DNA of 64,000 nt, taken from Candidatus Hydrogenedentota bacterium (GTDB lineage Bacteria > Hydrogenedentota > Hydrogenedentia > Hydrogenedentales > SLHB01). Of the stretch, positions 49,467-60,138 are shown in pieces; within the stretch, counting starts at the first letter, position 1, and the number at the start of each line of letters is the position of its first letter. Below the pieces are notes generated by a model, which worked only from the letters and a program-made list of their open reading frames with translations, made no database searches and was not told where the DNA came from. The translations under genes and the position numbers were made by a program. Location of the stretch: positions 288,001 through 352,000 of the forward strand of contig CAXXYE010000001.1 in NCBI GenBank assembly GCA_963674865.2. Direction: 5' to 3'.

Positions 49467-50183
49467 ATGAAAACGCTCGTATCGGTTGTCGTGCCCTTCT
49501 ACAACGAGGAGGATAATGTCCAGCCCCTCGCGGAGCAGATCGAAGCCGTGTTTGATGGCTTGCCCGACTACGACTACGAATGCCTCTTCGTCAATGACGG
49601 GAGCACGGATGGCACCCGCGAGCGTCTGGATGCGCTCCGCGCCGAGAATCCCCACGTTCGGCCGCTCCACCTTGTCGAGAATCGAGGCCAGTCCGCCGCG
49701 CTTGTGGCCGGCATGCGCCATGCTCAAGGCGAGTATATCCTCACCCTCGACGGCGATCTGCAGAATGACCCCGTCGATTTTCCCCGTATTCTCGAGCTTC
49801 TAAAGGACTACGACTGCGTCTGTGGCTATCGAGCCAACCGCAGGGACAACTGGATCCGCAAGCTCTCGAGCCGAGTTGGCAACGGTTTCCGCCAGGCAGT
49901 TCTGCACGACGGTATTCGCGATTCCGGTTGCGGGTCGAAAGGATTCCGGCGGCGATGCGTCGAGCATGTCGTGCCCTTCAACGGCGTCCACCGCTTCTTC
50001 GCCGTCATGATCCGCAATGCCGGCCTGACGCTAACTGAGTGCCCCGTCACCCATCACCCCCGCCAACACGGTGTGTCCAAGTACGGCATCCACAACCGCT
50101 TATGGCGCGGTATCTACGACTTGGTGGGCGTGCGCTGGCTCTCCAAGCGCTACGTGACCTTCCGCGTCGAGGGGGAAGAGTAA
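49467..50183 (+). CDS. GT2 polyprenyl-phosphate glycosyltransferase (DPM synthase/ArnC/RgtE-like)
   Basis: VVVPFYNEEDN, VNDGSTDGT, RGQSAAL, LDGDLQNDP, DSGCG.K, HRF, R..G.SKYG. Confidence 0.93.
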   Translation: MKTLVSVVVPFYNEEDNVQPLAEQIEAVFDGLPDYDYECLFVNDGSTDGTRERLDALRAENPHVRPLHLVENRGQSAALVAGMRHAQGEYILTLDGDLQNDPVDFPRILELLKDYDCVCGYRANRRDNWIRKLSSRVGNGFRQAVLHDGIRDSGCGSKGFRRRCVEHVVPFNGVHRFFAVMIRNAGLTLTECPVTHHPRQHGVSKYGIHNRLWRGIYDLVGVRWLSKRYVTFRVEGEE

Positions 50184-50184
50184 T

Positions 50185-50890
50185 TTGCCCGCCGGGGCCG
50201 AGAGCGGACTCGCCGCCAACCTGGTGTGGGTGCTCGGTTGGACGGGCGTTGCCATCTTCTACGCCCGCTTCTATATCCAGTGGATCGCCTCCGAACTGAA
50301 GAAGCGGGTCGTCATTCCCGTGGCTTTCTGGTACATGAGCGTCGTCGGCTCCGTCTTCCAGTTCATCTTCGGCGCCTGCATTCGCTCGCCGATGGGCACC
50401 CTTGGCCAGACCTTTAACCTCGCCGTCTACGCACGCAACCTCGTGCACATCTGGCGCGAGAAGGGGACGCTCTCGCGGCGCAAGGCCATAGCAATCAACA
50501 CCGCCGCCGCGGCCATCGTCCTGCTCATGCTCTCTGTTTACGGTTCGTACATGGTATGCCGAGTACCTGCACAACCGGACGCTCGACACCTCGCAACAGG
50601 CCCGGGAAGCCTGGTTCTGGATTGCCGTCGGGCTTGTGGGCCAAGTCCTGTTTGCATGCCGCTTCCTGATTCAGTGGATTGCCACCGAGATGAAGAAGAA
50701 GAGTGTCGTGCCCACTGCCTTCTGGTACGTGAGCATTATCGCGGCCTTTCTTCTCATGGTGAGTTACATCAAACGCCATGAATGGCCCTACGTCGTCGGT
50801 TTGGCCTCGACGATACCGGTATACGCCCGAAATCTCTGGTTCATCTACATGAAGCCAGCGCCGCCCGAAGCAGGGGAGGAAGCGTCATGA
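50185..50890 (+). pseudogene. Double LAB_N (lipid A biosynthesis N-terminal) domain membrane protein, frameshifted near 50530
   Basis: G..G...F.ARF.IQW..SE.KK..V.P.AFWY.S occurs in each of two frames. Removing one base in ctctctg (~50530) restores LLFTVRTWYAEY...WFWIAVGLVGQ. May be a sequencing error. Confidence 0.75.
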
Positions 50891-52773
50891 AGGGGCAGCG
50901 GTTTTACGCGGTTATCACGCTTCTGTTCATGAGCGCGCGGTGCTGTTCGGTATGAACATCGGCGGCTACGACCTGTGGCCTGCGGACGAGCCGCGCTTCG
51001 GCGAAGTGGCTCGCGAGATGATCCAGTTCGACGACTATCTCATGCCCCGCGTCAATGGCGAACCTTACAGAGAGAAGCCTCCGTTGCTCTTCTGGGCCAT
51101 CGCCGCCGCCTCGTGGCCTTTCGGCGACGTGACGGCGCTCTCGGCTCGCATCCCTTCGGTTCTGGCTGGCTTGGCAACCGTCCTGTTCACCTACCTCCTC
51201 ACGAAACGCCTATATGATCGCCGTACGGCTTGGTGGGCTGCCGTTGTGCTGATGACGGGCTTCCGCTTCTGGCACCAGGCCCGGACGGTGCAGATCGACA
51301 TGCTTCTCACCGCCTGCCTCACCCTTGTCCTGCTGGCGTTCTGGTGCTGGCACGACACGAGGCGAAGAAGGTGGCTGCTCCTCTTCTACGCTGCCATCGC
51401 GGCCGGTGTCTATGCCAAGGGCCCGCCCGCCATCGTCTTTCCCGTCCTCCTGGTGATCGCCTTCTACTGGAAACAGAAGGAAGAGCGGCGAAAGGTTCAC
51501 CTTGTCTGGGGCACTGTTGCTGTTGTCGCGGCCATTGCGCTATGGCTCATACCGGCGCGCATGGCCGCTGGCGGGGGAAGTCAAGGCGCCGAGACGGCCA
51601 TCGCAGGCAACCTGTTCCGCCAGATCATCGGGCGTTTTTTTCTAGGCGTGAGCAAGGCGCAATGGCCTTGGTACTACGTGGCCCAGACCCTTCCCGTCGA
51701 CCTCCTGCCGTGGACCCTCTTCGCCCCGTGGACGATCTACTGGACTTGGCGGCGCCGGAAGGAAGGGCCCGCCATGCGTCTGCTTTTGGCCTGGACCATC
51801 CCCGCCCTGACCTTCTTCAGCATATGTGTCGGCAAGCGTGCCATCTATATCCTGCCGCTCTTTCCTGCCTTCGCAATATTGACTGCCCGCAGCGTCCTCG
51901 ATCTTATGGCGGGCGACCGCTCGGTATGGCGGAAGCGCACCGCTGCCGCGTGGGGCGTTTCTCTCCTGCTTTTTGGCGCCTTGCCCTTCGCCCTTCTCCT
52001 GACGCCCTACCGCGATGTATGGGGCCGTGGATTCCTCATCCTTAGTCCTTTGCGCCTTCGCATTCGGCGCGGATACGCTGCGGGAGCGTCCCGCCGGACA
52101 GACTGCCGCGCCCTGCACGTTGCCATAGCGTCCCATTTCGCAGGTATTGCCCTCCTGAGCGCCTTGTTCATTCTCCCGGCGCTCAATCCGCATAAGTCCG
52201 CCCGGTGGATCTGCGAGCCGGTGAGAGGACTCGCTCAGACGGGACGCGAGTTTGACCTCTACTCCGTCGGCTTCTCGCGCGAGGAGTACATCTTCTATTC
52301 GAAGCATTTTCACGAGGCCGTATTGACGGATCTGCTGCCTGTCGAGCACCCGGAGGGGATGACGCTCCTCGAAATGGCGAAGCGTCAGAAACGCCTCCGC
52401 AAGGCGATTGAGGAAGCCGTCGCCGCCGTCGCGATTGCGTCTTTCGACAAGGTGACGCCCGATGAACTCCAAGCTCTCGAGCGCGCCGTTCATGATGGCC
52501 GTCGCCGAGCGAGGCGTTGACGACGCGCTCGCCGCCGAATTCGAGGCCACTCTCCGGCAAGCCGTCGACGAGTTTGCCGCCCGGTTTGAAGGGCCTGCAC
52601 CGGCGTTCCTATTTGTCGAGGAGGAGCAGTGGCGCTGGCTGCTGCCCATTCACCCCGCCATGGCGCACTATAAAATAGTCCGCCGCGGCGCCGTCGGAAG
52701 TCGCAGCGTCCTCCTTGTAGCCAATGAAAGCGGTGCCGCGGAACTGGCCGCGCAAGAGAAGTCGCCTGCTTGA
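50887..52773 (+). pseudogene. ArnT/GT83-family glycosyltransferase with several frameshifts
   Basis: DLWPADEPRF..VAREM, EKPPLLFW, AR.PS, KGP, K...YILP. The true ATG at 50887 is out of frame with 50940, and the C-terminus continues in the 52462-52773 frame. Confidence 0.8.
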
Positions 52774-52889
52774 CCCGCCGTGCGCGGTGGCATAATCTAG
52801 CATCCCGTGACAGAAGCGCCTCTGCGTTTGCGCCCTGAGACGGCTCCAAACGAAAGAGTCCCGAGTTTGACGATAGGAGTTTGCCCGCT

Positions 52890-53033
52890 ATGTTTATCAT
52901 TGAAGGACTTCAGACGTACTTCCAGAGCCTTTGGGGGGAAGTCGTGAATATCTCCCTCGATAATCCTCTCAGCTACGTCTATGCCATCCTAAATGTCATT
53001 CTCATGCTTTTCGGCCTTCAGGTAAGCGACTGA
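52890..53033 (+). CDS. Small 47-aa membrane protein
   Basis: AGGAG RBS; MFIIEGLQTYFQSLWGEVVNISLDNPLSYVYAILNVILMLFGLQVSD; GC3-biased codons; below the ORF-track cutoff. Confidence 0.6.
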   Translation: MFIIEGLQTYFQSLWGEVVNISLDNPLSYVYAILNVILMLFGLQVSD

Positions 53034-53098
53034 CGCTCCTATCCGGTGAGTCCCAAGCCGCAGCGGACGCCGTGTGAAGCCGGGGGAGGGTGCGCGCC

Positions 53099-55525
53099 AT
53101 GAACCGGCCCTTGGTTTGGGTGGCCGTCGGCCTTGCGTTGGGCGGCTACCTTGCCGCGGTGGGGCTTCTGCCCGGCCTTGCCGCACCCATCGCACTGTGG
53201 TTTGTGGGCCTTCTGCTCACGCTCTTCCCCGTCCGGCTTGGCGGCAAGCGCCTTGTCAGTGTGCTGCTTTGCTTCCTTGGCGCCGGTGCGCTGTTGTGGA
53301 ACGCGCGCTACGCCGGCCCGCCGGGAGACGCCCTGAGCCGTTACAGCACCGCCCATCCCGACACAAGGTTCACGCTCGAAGGGCGTGTACGCCGAGCGGA
53401 TCTTGTTCTCCCGGGTGAACGCCGTGTCCAGTTTCTGCTTGATGTGGATCGCGTTATCACGGACGGTAAGGCGCTGGCGCTCGATGGCGGCGTCATTGTT
53501 CGAGGCGGAGAGGGTGGTACGCCGCTTTACGCAGGGCAGCGGGTGAGGGTCGCCGGAACGCTACGCCACGTGCTTGGCCCCGTCAACCCGGGGATTCAGG
53601 ACGTCGAGGACTACTTGCGCCGCCATGGAATCCACAGTGTGCTCCGTCTCCGAGAGCAGGAGGCAGTTGAATTCATTGGATCCGCGCCATGGTGGTCGCC
53701 CTTCTATTGCGCGTCCCGCCTCCGCCAAGTGGAGGCGAACCGGCTGGTTGAGGCGCTTCCGGAATCCGTCTTCCCCTTTGTTCTAACCGTCTGGCTGGGC
53801 GACCGCAGCGGAGTATCCCGAGAGGAATACCAGCGATTTGTCGAGTCCGGAACCGCCCATATTCTGGCCGTTTCCGGCGTTCATGCCGGCATCGTGTTCC
53901 TGGCCTTGTCCTTCTTGCTGCGTCTTGTCACCAATCGCCGCAAACTGCGAACTGCTCTGACGATGGCCGGTGTGTTGCTTTTCGCCCTGGTTGCGGGCGC
54001 GAGAATCACGAGCATGCGCGCCGGCACGATGATCGCCATGTACCTCATAGCCGAACTCTTCGACAGGGAGCCTGATGCACCCACGGCGCTGAGCGTCAGT
54101 GCCGTCATCTTCATGCTGCTCAATCCCGCCGTGCTGATCGACCACGGCTTCTTGCTCTCATTCGCCAGCGTAGCGTCCATTCTCATCTTCGCCGATCCCA
54201 TCCAGGCGTATCTCAGCCGTTTGCCCTCGTTTCTGACGCGACTGCTCGCGCCCACTCTGGCGGTGCAGGCTTTGCCACTGCCGCTCGCCGTGCACTTCTT
54301 TCACGTACTTCCCCTTGCTGCGCCTTTCGCCAATCTCCTCGTGCTTCCTCTTCTTACCATCACTCTGGGCCTTTGCTTGTTCACGACGATCGCGGCGCTG
54401 GTGTTTCCCGGCGTGGCTGTTCTCTTCGGCCATGCCCTTGTACCCGTCGTCTTTCTCATCCGCACCATTGTCGAGGCCGTGGCCGGGACGGGATTTGCCC
54501 ACCTGAGAGTCACCAGTCCGACCGCGTTGGCTATGGCCTGCTACTGGGCGGGCATCGCGTGCCTTTGGGCCGCGGGGCGCCGGTTTCACAGACGCATGTG
54601 GACAGTGGCGGGACTGGCTTCCTTCGTGCTCGTGGTTGTTTGCTGGCGTCCTTGGCGGCCGGAGCCGGAGGTGACATTTCTCGACGTCGGCCACGGCGAC
54701 GCGGCCGTTATCCGTACCCCTGCCGGCGCAACGGCCCTCATCGACGGCGGCGACGCTAATCCCTATGTGGACATGGGGGAGAGGGTCGTTGCCCCCTTTC
54801 TCTGGACCCACCATATCGCCCACCTGGACTGCGTCATCCTCTCGCATCCCGACCGCGACCACATCGGCGGCCTCTTCTATGTCGTCTCGCACTTCTCCGT
54901 CGGCGAGGTATTGTTGACGCCCGGCCTCGACGCCCACCAGGCCCAGCATTCGCTCATCACTGAGTGCGCCAAGCGCAACATCCCTGTGAGGCACCTCCAC
55001 GCGGGCGAGACAGTCTCTCTCGGTGACGCGTCCCTTGACGTGCTCCATCCTCCCGTCGGCTGGCCGGAGGGAGACGACGTCAACGATCACTCAATCGTCA
55101 TCCGTCTCCGATGGCCGGGCCCCGCCGTCCTATTCACGGGAGACGTCGAAGCCGCTGCCGAGTCCGCCGTCAGGCAGCGTGACTGTGCCGCCCCTGTACT
55201 CAAAGTCCCCCATCACGGATCGCGCACTTCAAGTTCGCCCGACTTTGTCGCCGCCGTGGCGCCACGGCACGCCATTGTGTCGACGGGTGGCCATTACGGC
55301 CGAGAATGCGTCAACGACGCCGTGCTCGATCGCTACACGGATGAGGGGGCCGTTCTGTGGCGCACCGATGAACTAGGCGGCGTCACTCTATCCCTGGAAG
55401 AGGACGGCGCCGCGTTCTTGAGCGCTGCCCGCGCGACTCGTGGCTACCTGACGCAGTCGGACCTTGCCTACGCGGTGCGAACGCTTGTCCTAGGCTCCCA
55501 TGTCCCTGCCGCGGCGGCGCCGTAG
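53099..55525 (+). CDS. comEC: DNA uptake channel ComEC/Rec2
   Basis: OB domain, competence domain SGTAHILAVSGVH, GFLLSF, and metallo-beta-lactamase FLDVGHGD, SHPDRDH, KVPHHGS. Confidence 0.96.
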   Translation: MNRPLVWVAVGLALGGYLAAVGLLPGLAAPIALWFVGLLLTLFPVRLGGKRLVSVLLCFLGAGALLWNARYAGPPGDALSRYSTAHPDTRFTLEGRVRRADLVLPGERRVQFLLDVDRVITDGKALALDGGVIVRGGEGGTPLYAGQRVRVAGTLRHVLGPVNPGIQDVEDYLRRHGIHSVLRLREQEAVEFIGSAPWWSPFYCASRLRQVEANRLVEALPESVFPFVLTVWLGDRSGVSREEYQRFVESGTAHILAVSGVHAGIVFLALSFLLRLVTNRRKLRTALTMAGVLLFALVAGARITSMRAGTMIAMYLIAELFDREPDAPTALSVSAVIFMLLNPAVLIDHGFLLSFASVASILIFADPIQAYLSRLPSFLTRLLAPTLAVQALPLPLAVHFFHVLPLAAPFANLLVLPLLTITLGLCLFTTIAALVFPGVAVLFGHALVPVVFLIRTIVEAVAGTGFAHLRVTSPTALAMACYWAGIACLWAAGRRFHRRMWTVAGLASFVLVVVCWRPWRPEPEVTFLDVGHGDAAVIRTPAGATALIDGGDANPYVDMGERVVAPFLWTHHIAHLDCVILSHPDRDHIGGLFYVVSHFSVGEVLLTPGLDAHQAQHSLITECAKRNIPVRHLHAGETVSLGDASLDVLHPPVGWPEGDDVNDHSIVIRLRWPGPAVLFTGDVEAAAESAVRQRDCAAPVLKVPHHGSRTSSSPDFVAAVAPRHAIVSTGGHYGRECVNDAVLDRYTDEGAVLWRTDELGGVTLSLEEDGAAFLSAARATRGYLTQSDLAYAVRTLVLGSHVPAAAAP

Positions 55526-55623
55526 GCTATTCGCCCCGCGCGCCCGCCCGGCACAAGCGTCTCTTGCCTGCTGCCGTCCCAGAAGGAGTTTTCCGGGACG
55601 GAGACGGCTCTATCTCGGCGTGT

Positions 55624-55706
55624 GCCCTGAAGGGGCGACGCATGCCAGCCCGGCGCAACGCGGCGCCGCGTGTCTATCGCCACAAGAGGTGAGCCCTGAA
55701 GGGGCG
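55624..55706. repeat. REP-like element with two GCCCTGAAGGGGCG units
   Basis: Exact 14-mer at 55624-55637 and 55693-55706; a related GCCCCCTAAGGGGCG at 27077-27091. Confidence 0.65.
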
Positions 55707-55836
55707 TGACAGGCGGGTTACGGCTCTCTCTCATGCCAGTCAGTGTTCAAGATCCCGTTTCCTTCAAGCGAGCTGCGACAAAGGCCGGGTGTATGTGATA
55801 ACGTGTGCGTCATCCGATCAAGGAGTTGAATCCACT

Positions 55837-57036
55837 ATGTTCGACGAACTCAAAGCAGAATGCGATGCTCTCGGCAAACCGGACTGGCGGCCCATGCTTC
55901 GCTACCTGGCCGATCTGCACGAGCAGAGCACGCATCCAGCCCGGCCGCCGTTCCCTTTTCCGTGGGAGGAGATCGGCCCCGGCTACTGCTACCGCCCCGC
56001 CTTCGGGCATTGGGATATTGTCCACGCCATCCTCGATGTTCTCCCATCGGAGCCGGAACACGCAAGAGGCCAGCTTCTCAACAACCTGGCCGCCCAACAG
56101 GACGACGGCCTTGTCCCGGGCTCGATCTACTTCCGTGACGACGCTCCTCAGTGGAATCACGAGGTCGGCCATCCCGCCGTGTGGCCCATGGCCGCCGACG
56201 ATTACCATGAACTCACGAAAGACCCCGCCTTCCTCCAGCGATGCTATGACGCCCTCACCCGACAGATCACCTGGTTCGAGATCCACCGCGCTGCGGAGAA
56301 TGGGGGATTTTTCTACTGCGACATCGTCAACAGGCATTGGGAAAGCGGCATCGACATAGGCATCCGTTTCGACGACCTGCCCGACGCCCCCTACGCCTGC
56401 GTCGATGCGACGGCCCACGTTTTCCTGCTGTACGACTCCGCTGCGCGATGGGCCGAGTGCCTCGGATTGGAGGCGGAGGCTCACGCCGACAAGGCCGCCC
56501 AACTCAGCGCTTTCATTCAGGACAAGCTCTGGAACGAGGATACAAGCTTCTTTCACGATGCCTGGCTCGTAGGCTTATCTGCGCCACCGATGGCCTTTGA
56601 GGGAATGTGGCCTGTGGTCGTCGGTGCGGCCTCGGAGGCCCAAGCCGAACGCGTCATCGAGGGCAGCCTGCTCAATCCCGAACGCTTCTTCTCGACCCAT
56701 CCCATCGCATCCGTCGGCGTCAATGATCCTCGCTTCCAGCTCCGCTGCTGGCGCGGGCCGACGTGGAACAGCATGGCACTTTGGGCCGCCCGCGGATGCC
56801 TGCGCTACGGCTTCACACAAGCGGCTCGCGCCCTCGTCGAGCACGCCCTCGACGCTACCGCCCGGCAGTTCGAACGTACCGGCACCATCTGGGAGTTCTA
56901 CCACCCACACGGCGGGCCGCCGGAAGAGGTGGAGCGCAAGCCAAAGACGTCGCAGAACTCCCCTTGCCGGGACTACGTCGGGCACAACCCGCTGATTGAG
57001 ATGGCCAGAGTGTGGGAAGCCACCGTTTCCGAATGA
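55837..57036 (+). CDS. GH63/MGH1-like (alpha/alpha)6 glycoside hydrolase
   Basis: GHWD, Q.DDG.VP, WESGID, WRGPTW, WEFYHP; AGGAG before ATG 55837. Confidence 0.8.
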   Translation: MFDELKAECDALGKPDWRPMLRYLADLHEQSTHPARPPFPFPWEEIGPGYCYRPAFGHWDIVHAILDVLPSEPEHARGQLLNNLAAQQDDGLVPGSIYFRDDAPQWNHEVGHPAVWPMAADDYHELTKDPAFLQRCYDALTRQITWFEIHRAAENGGFFYCDIVNRHWESGIDIGIRFDDLPDAPYACVDATAHVFLLYDSAARWAECLGLEAEAHADKAAQLSAFIQDKLWNEDTSFFHDAWLVGLSAPPMAFEGMWPVVVGAASEAQAERVIEGSLLNPERFFSTHPIASVGVNDPRFQLRCWRGPTWNSMALWAARGCLRYGFTQAARALVEHALDATARQFERTGTIWEFYHPHGGPPEEVERKPKTSQNSPCRDYVGHNPLIEMARVWEATVSE

Positions 57037-57043
57037 GTGCCGG

Positions 57044-58966
57044 CTACTTTGCTGATGCGGCGGTTTCGCGAGCGGCGCCCCTGCGTTCCCGCAGCCAGGA
57101 CGCAAAACCTATCAAAAGCACAACGCCTTCCGCCGCGTAGAACATGGCCAGTGCCCGGTGTATCCCGGTGGTGAAGCCGTAGCTGTGAAGCCCTATCCCC
57201 AACTGGTTCACGCCAAACCATGAGAAGGCGATGATCACCGTCCCGAAGATCGCCGCCAGGTGCAGCCCGTACTGCCGGATGTATCCTCCCAGACGCGCGT
57301 GGAGGATGAACAACTGCCACAGCACCAGCATCAGCGCGCCGTTCTCCTTGGGATCCCATCCCCAGAATCGGCCCCAACTCTCATTCGCCCAGATTCCTCC
57401 AAGCACCGTCCCGAGCATCGAGAAGAGCAGCGCAAAACAAAGCACGCCGTAAACCATCCGCGTGAGATCCTCGCCGAGACGCCCGTTCCGCCCCCCCAGG
57501 GCCTTCCAGAGAATGAATACATGCGCCATTGCTCCCGCAAGTAGCCCGGCCCCGTAGCCGATGGCGATAGTCGTCACATGCATCGCCAGCCAGAAGCTGG
57601 TGTTAAGCACGGCAATCATGCTGGGCATGGTGTCCGCGCCTTCCTTGAGCTCGTAGCGGTAGGCAAGGAAGAGGCCCAGTGCCCCGACCAGGGAGGCGAC
57701 TGGGAGGCCCACGTTTCGGCGAATGATCCAGTCCGACACAAGTGCCGTCACCACGGCTACGGCCGTTGCGAACAGGATGGTTTCGTAGAGCGTTGTCACG
57801 GGCGGACGCCCACGGATGACGCACCGCATGACAATGCCCGCCACCAGAAGCAGTGTCGGCGCTGCCACCGCTGTGAAGGTCATCGCCCGCGTCACGGGCT
57901 TGTCGGGCAGCAGCCACGAGAGCGCGATCAGAACGAAGCTCAGCACGTAGAGTATCAGCGCAAAATAGAGCGGCCGGAGCCGGTAGTAATCCACCTCGAG
58001 TTCGATTCGGCCGTATTCGCCGCGCGCCGAAGCCTGAGCTGTGGTTGACTCATGAAGACCCACGAGCGCCTGCTTGAATTGCTCCGGGTCGTTGGCCCAC
58101 CGGCCCATCTCATCCAGCAGGCCGAGGACTTCGAGTTGTTGCGCCGAGACGCCATGCCCCGCGAAGGCCCGTTCGGCCAGATCGGCGGGCGTGAGCCATT
58201 CCGTTTTGCCCGGAGGCGGCGGGATCAACGCCAACGCCCTCGCCATCCCCGCCATGGTACTCACGTCCTCCAGAAACCGCGCAAGCGTGGCCAAGTCCGG
58301 ATCATTCTCGGGACGCTCATCGCGCAGCGTCAGATACATCTGCCGCAACGCCGGCGCTTTTGCCAGAATGCCTCCCAGTCGGGGCGCCGGCTGCTCCGGG
58401 AAGAGCGATGCAAGCCCCTCGCTCCCGGCCGCGTCGAAGTCGTGCCGTGCAAACCGCAGAAAATCGGCCAGCGTCTCGAACTCGTGGACATTCTCGGCGA
58501 GGTTCACCAATTGCGCCTGAACCGGCGTCCGGGAACGAGGCGGGATCCTCCTGAACTTGCTCGCTAACTCGTACAATCTGCCACGCGCGGGAGCCAGGTC
58601 CTCATAGGCATACCGGGCCCGCTTCTTCTCGGCTGGCAGTCCGATCGCCGTCAACACCTCCGTGTTGTCCACGCGAAACACCTTGTATTGCGCGGCTTCT
58701 TCCGGGCGCAACAGACAGTCCATCAACCATTCCGATGGCCTGATTGTGTCCCCCGCGGCGTTCTTCGTAGCCCGCCGGCCGTTGAGCTTGAGCAGCGTGA
58801 ATCCCGCGACGGTATCAAGCGGCTTCACACGCCCGCCATCCTGCACCGGCAGCGTCGCGAAGAGGTGGATCGCCTCCGGATCCCAAGGCGCCGCGGTGCC
58901 GTCCGCAGGTTCGGCCGCCCCGAAGGCCGCCCCGGCTGTCACCAGAATGCTTAACCAGCCGATCAT
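57044..58966 (-). CDS. ccsA: Cytochrome c biogenesis protein CcsA (system II) with a large N-terminal periplasmic domain
   Basis: WWD domain GGIWANESWGRFWGWDPKEN, WL.MHV, LHAR, GLHSY; N-terminal LPVQDGGRVKPLDT. Confidence 0.93.
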   Translation of the reverse strand: MIGWLSILVTAGAAFGAAEPADGTAAPWDPEAIHLFATLPVQDGGRVKPLDTVAGFTLLKLNGRRATKNAAGDTIRPSEWLMDCLLRPEEAAQYKVFRVDNTEVLTAIGLPAEKKRARYAYEDLAPARGRLYELASKFRRIPPRSRTPVQAQLVNLAENVHEFETLADFLRFARHDFDAAGSEGLASLFPEQPAPRLGGILAKAPALRQMYLTLRDERPENDPDLATLARFLEDVSTMAGMARALALIPPPPGKTEWLTPADLAERAFAGHGVSAQQLEVLGLLDEMGRWANDPEQFKQALVGLHESTTAQASARGEYGRIELEVDYYRLRPLYFALILYVLSFVLIALSWLLPDKPVTRAMTFTAVAAPTLLLVAGIVMRCVIRGRPPVTTLYETILFATAVAVVTALVSDWIIRRNVGLPVASLVGALGLFLAYRYELKEGADTMPSMIAVLNTSFWLAMHVTTIAIGYGAGLLAGAMAHVFILWKALGGRNGRLGEDLTRMVYGVLCFALLFSMLGTVLGGIWANESWGRFWGWDPKENGALMLVLWQLFILHARLGGYIRQYGLHLAAIFGTVIIAFSWFGVNQLGIGLHSYGFTTGIHRALAMFYAAEGVVLLIGFASWLRERRGAARETAASAK

Positions 58967-60138
58967 GCGGCGGCCCTCCGCCGGGACGCGAGGAACATCC
59001 CAAGCTTCCGCGCGAGATGGAGCACCAGTCCGAGCGTGACGATCACGCACGCGTAGAGCGGAAACGGATCGGCCGGATTCTTCACCACGGCCAACGTCGA
59101 ATACAGCCGCGCGTTTGGTCCCGCGTCCGGCGGGCCCCAGCCGGATTGGAAGATGGTGTAGCCTCTATACCGGAGCGGATCGTTCATCTCGATCCGCACC
59201 TTCTGCGTGGTTCCGTTCTGCGTCGTCGTTACATCGCTCGCGAAGGCCTTCGGCAGATTAGTCCGCGGATGCAACTCCCGCGTGAACCTGTCCAAGGTGA
59301 GCGTGAATGGCAAGGGCATGCGCCGTTTGCGCAGCGTGAAAGTCCAGGCGGCCCCATTCGCTTCGACGCAGAACGGCCCGCGCTCCCCAGCCCACACAAT
59401 GCCCTCGTGAGGAGTGCTGTCCGATGCTCCTTCTACGGCGGCATACACACCTGGCACATTGCGCTCCCGCTCCTTCTCCGGCGGCACGGCGTCCAGGAAG
59501 AAGCCGTCGACCACCCGTACGCCTTGCGCGCTGCCAAGCGCCCCGGCCGGGCGCGGCACCGCATTGACTGTGAAGCCGCTGAGTGTTACGCGGAAAGGTA
59601 GCTTCTCGGCGAAGAAGGCCCGTGCCTGTCCTGGCCCGAGTCTCTCGAAGTCCTTCTGCGGGATCACGAACTCCTGCCCCGATTCATCGCCACCGACGGG
59701 GGCAATGGCCAATTCCCACTCGTAGTAACTCTCGAAGTAGTCGCTGTGCTCGCCCTCGAACAGCGTTACGTGCCCGTTCTCCGAGAACTCATGCGTAATG
59801 AATCCGCCTAGCAGCAGGAAGAGTACGCCGGCGTGAGCCGTGAGGATACCGACGTGCGACCAGCCCTTGCGTGCGCGCAAGATGCCGCCGCACAGCAGGT
59901 TCACGAAGAACACGGACAGCAGGAGGTAGCCTCCGGGCAATGGAACCGGAAACGCCCCGAAAAGACGATGAATTAGCAGAAATGACGCAAAATACTTCTG
60001 TTTAGCCGCATAAAGCCCATGCTCCACCTGGTGAAGTGTGCCCAGGTACGTTAGAACAAGCAGCAGCGCCAGTAGCACGCACGACAGTCCATACGATCCG
60101 AGCAGCCGAAAGAGCCGTTTGAATGCTGCGGCCGCCAC
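58963..60138 (-). CDS. resB: Cytochrome c biogenesis protein ResB/CcsB
   Basis: GT..Q...G.Y; TM His (GILTAHAG); PF...L.RF; MN.PLRY.GY..FQS; coupled to ccsA. Confidence 0.85.
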   Translation of the reverse strand: MAAAAFKRLFRLLGSYGLSCVLLALLLVLTYLGTLHQVEHGLYAAKQKYFASFLLIHRLFGAFPVPLPGGYLLLSVFFVNLLCGGILRARKGWSHVGILTAHAGVLFLLLGGFITHEFSENGHVTLFEGEHSDYFESYYEWELAIAPVGGDESGQEFVIPQKDFERLGPGQARAFFAEKLPFRVTLSGFTVNAVPRPAGALGSAQGVRVVDGFFLDAVPPEKERERNVPGVYAAVEGASDSTPHEGIVWAGERGPFCVEANGAAWTFTLRKRRMPLPFTLTLDRFTRELHPRTNLPKAFASDVTTTQNGTTQKVRIEMNDPLRYRGYTIFQSGWGPPDAGPNARLYSTLAVVKNPADPFPLYACVIVTLGLVLHLARKLGMFLASRRRAAA

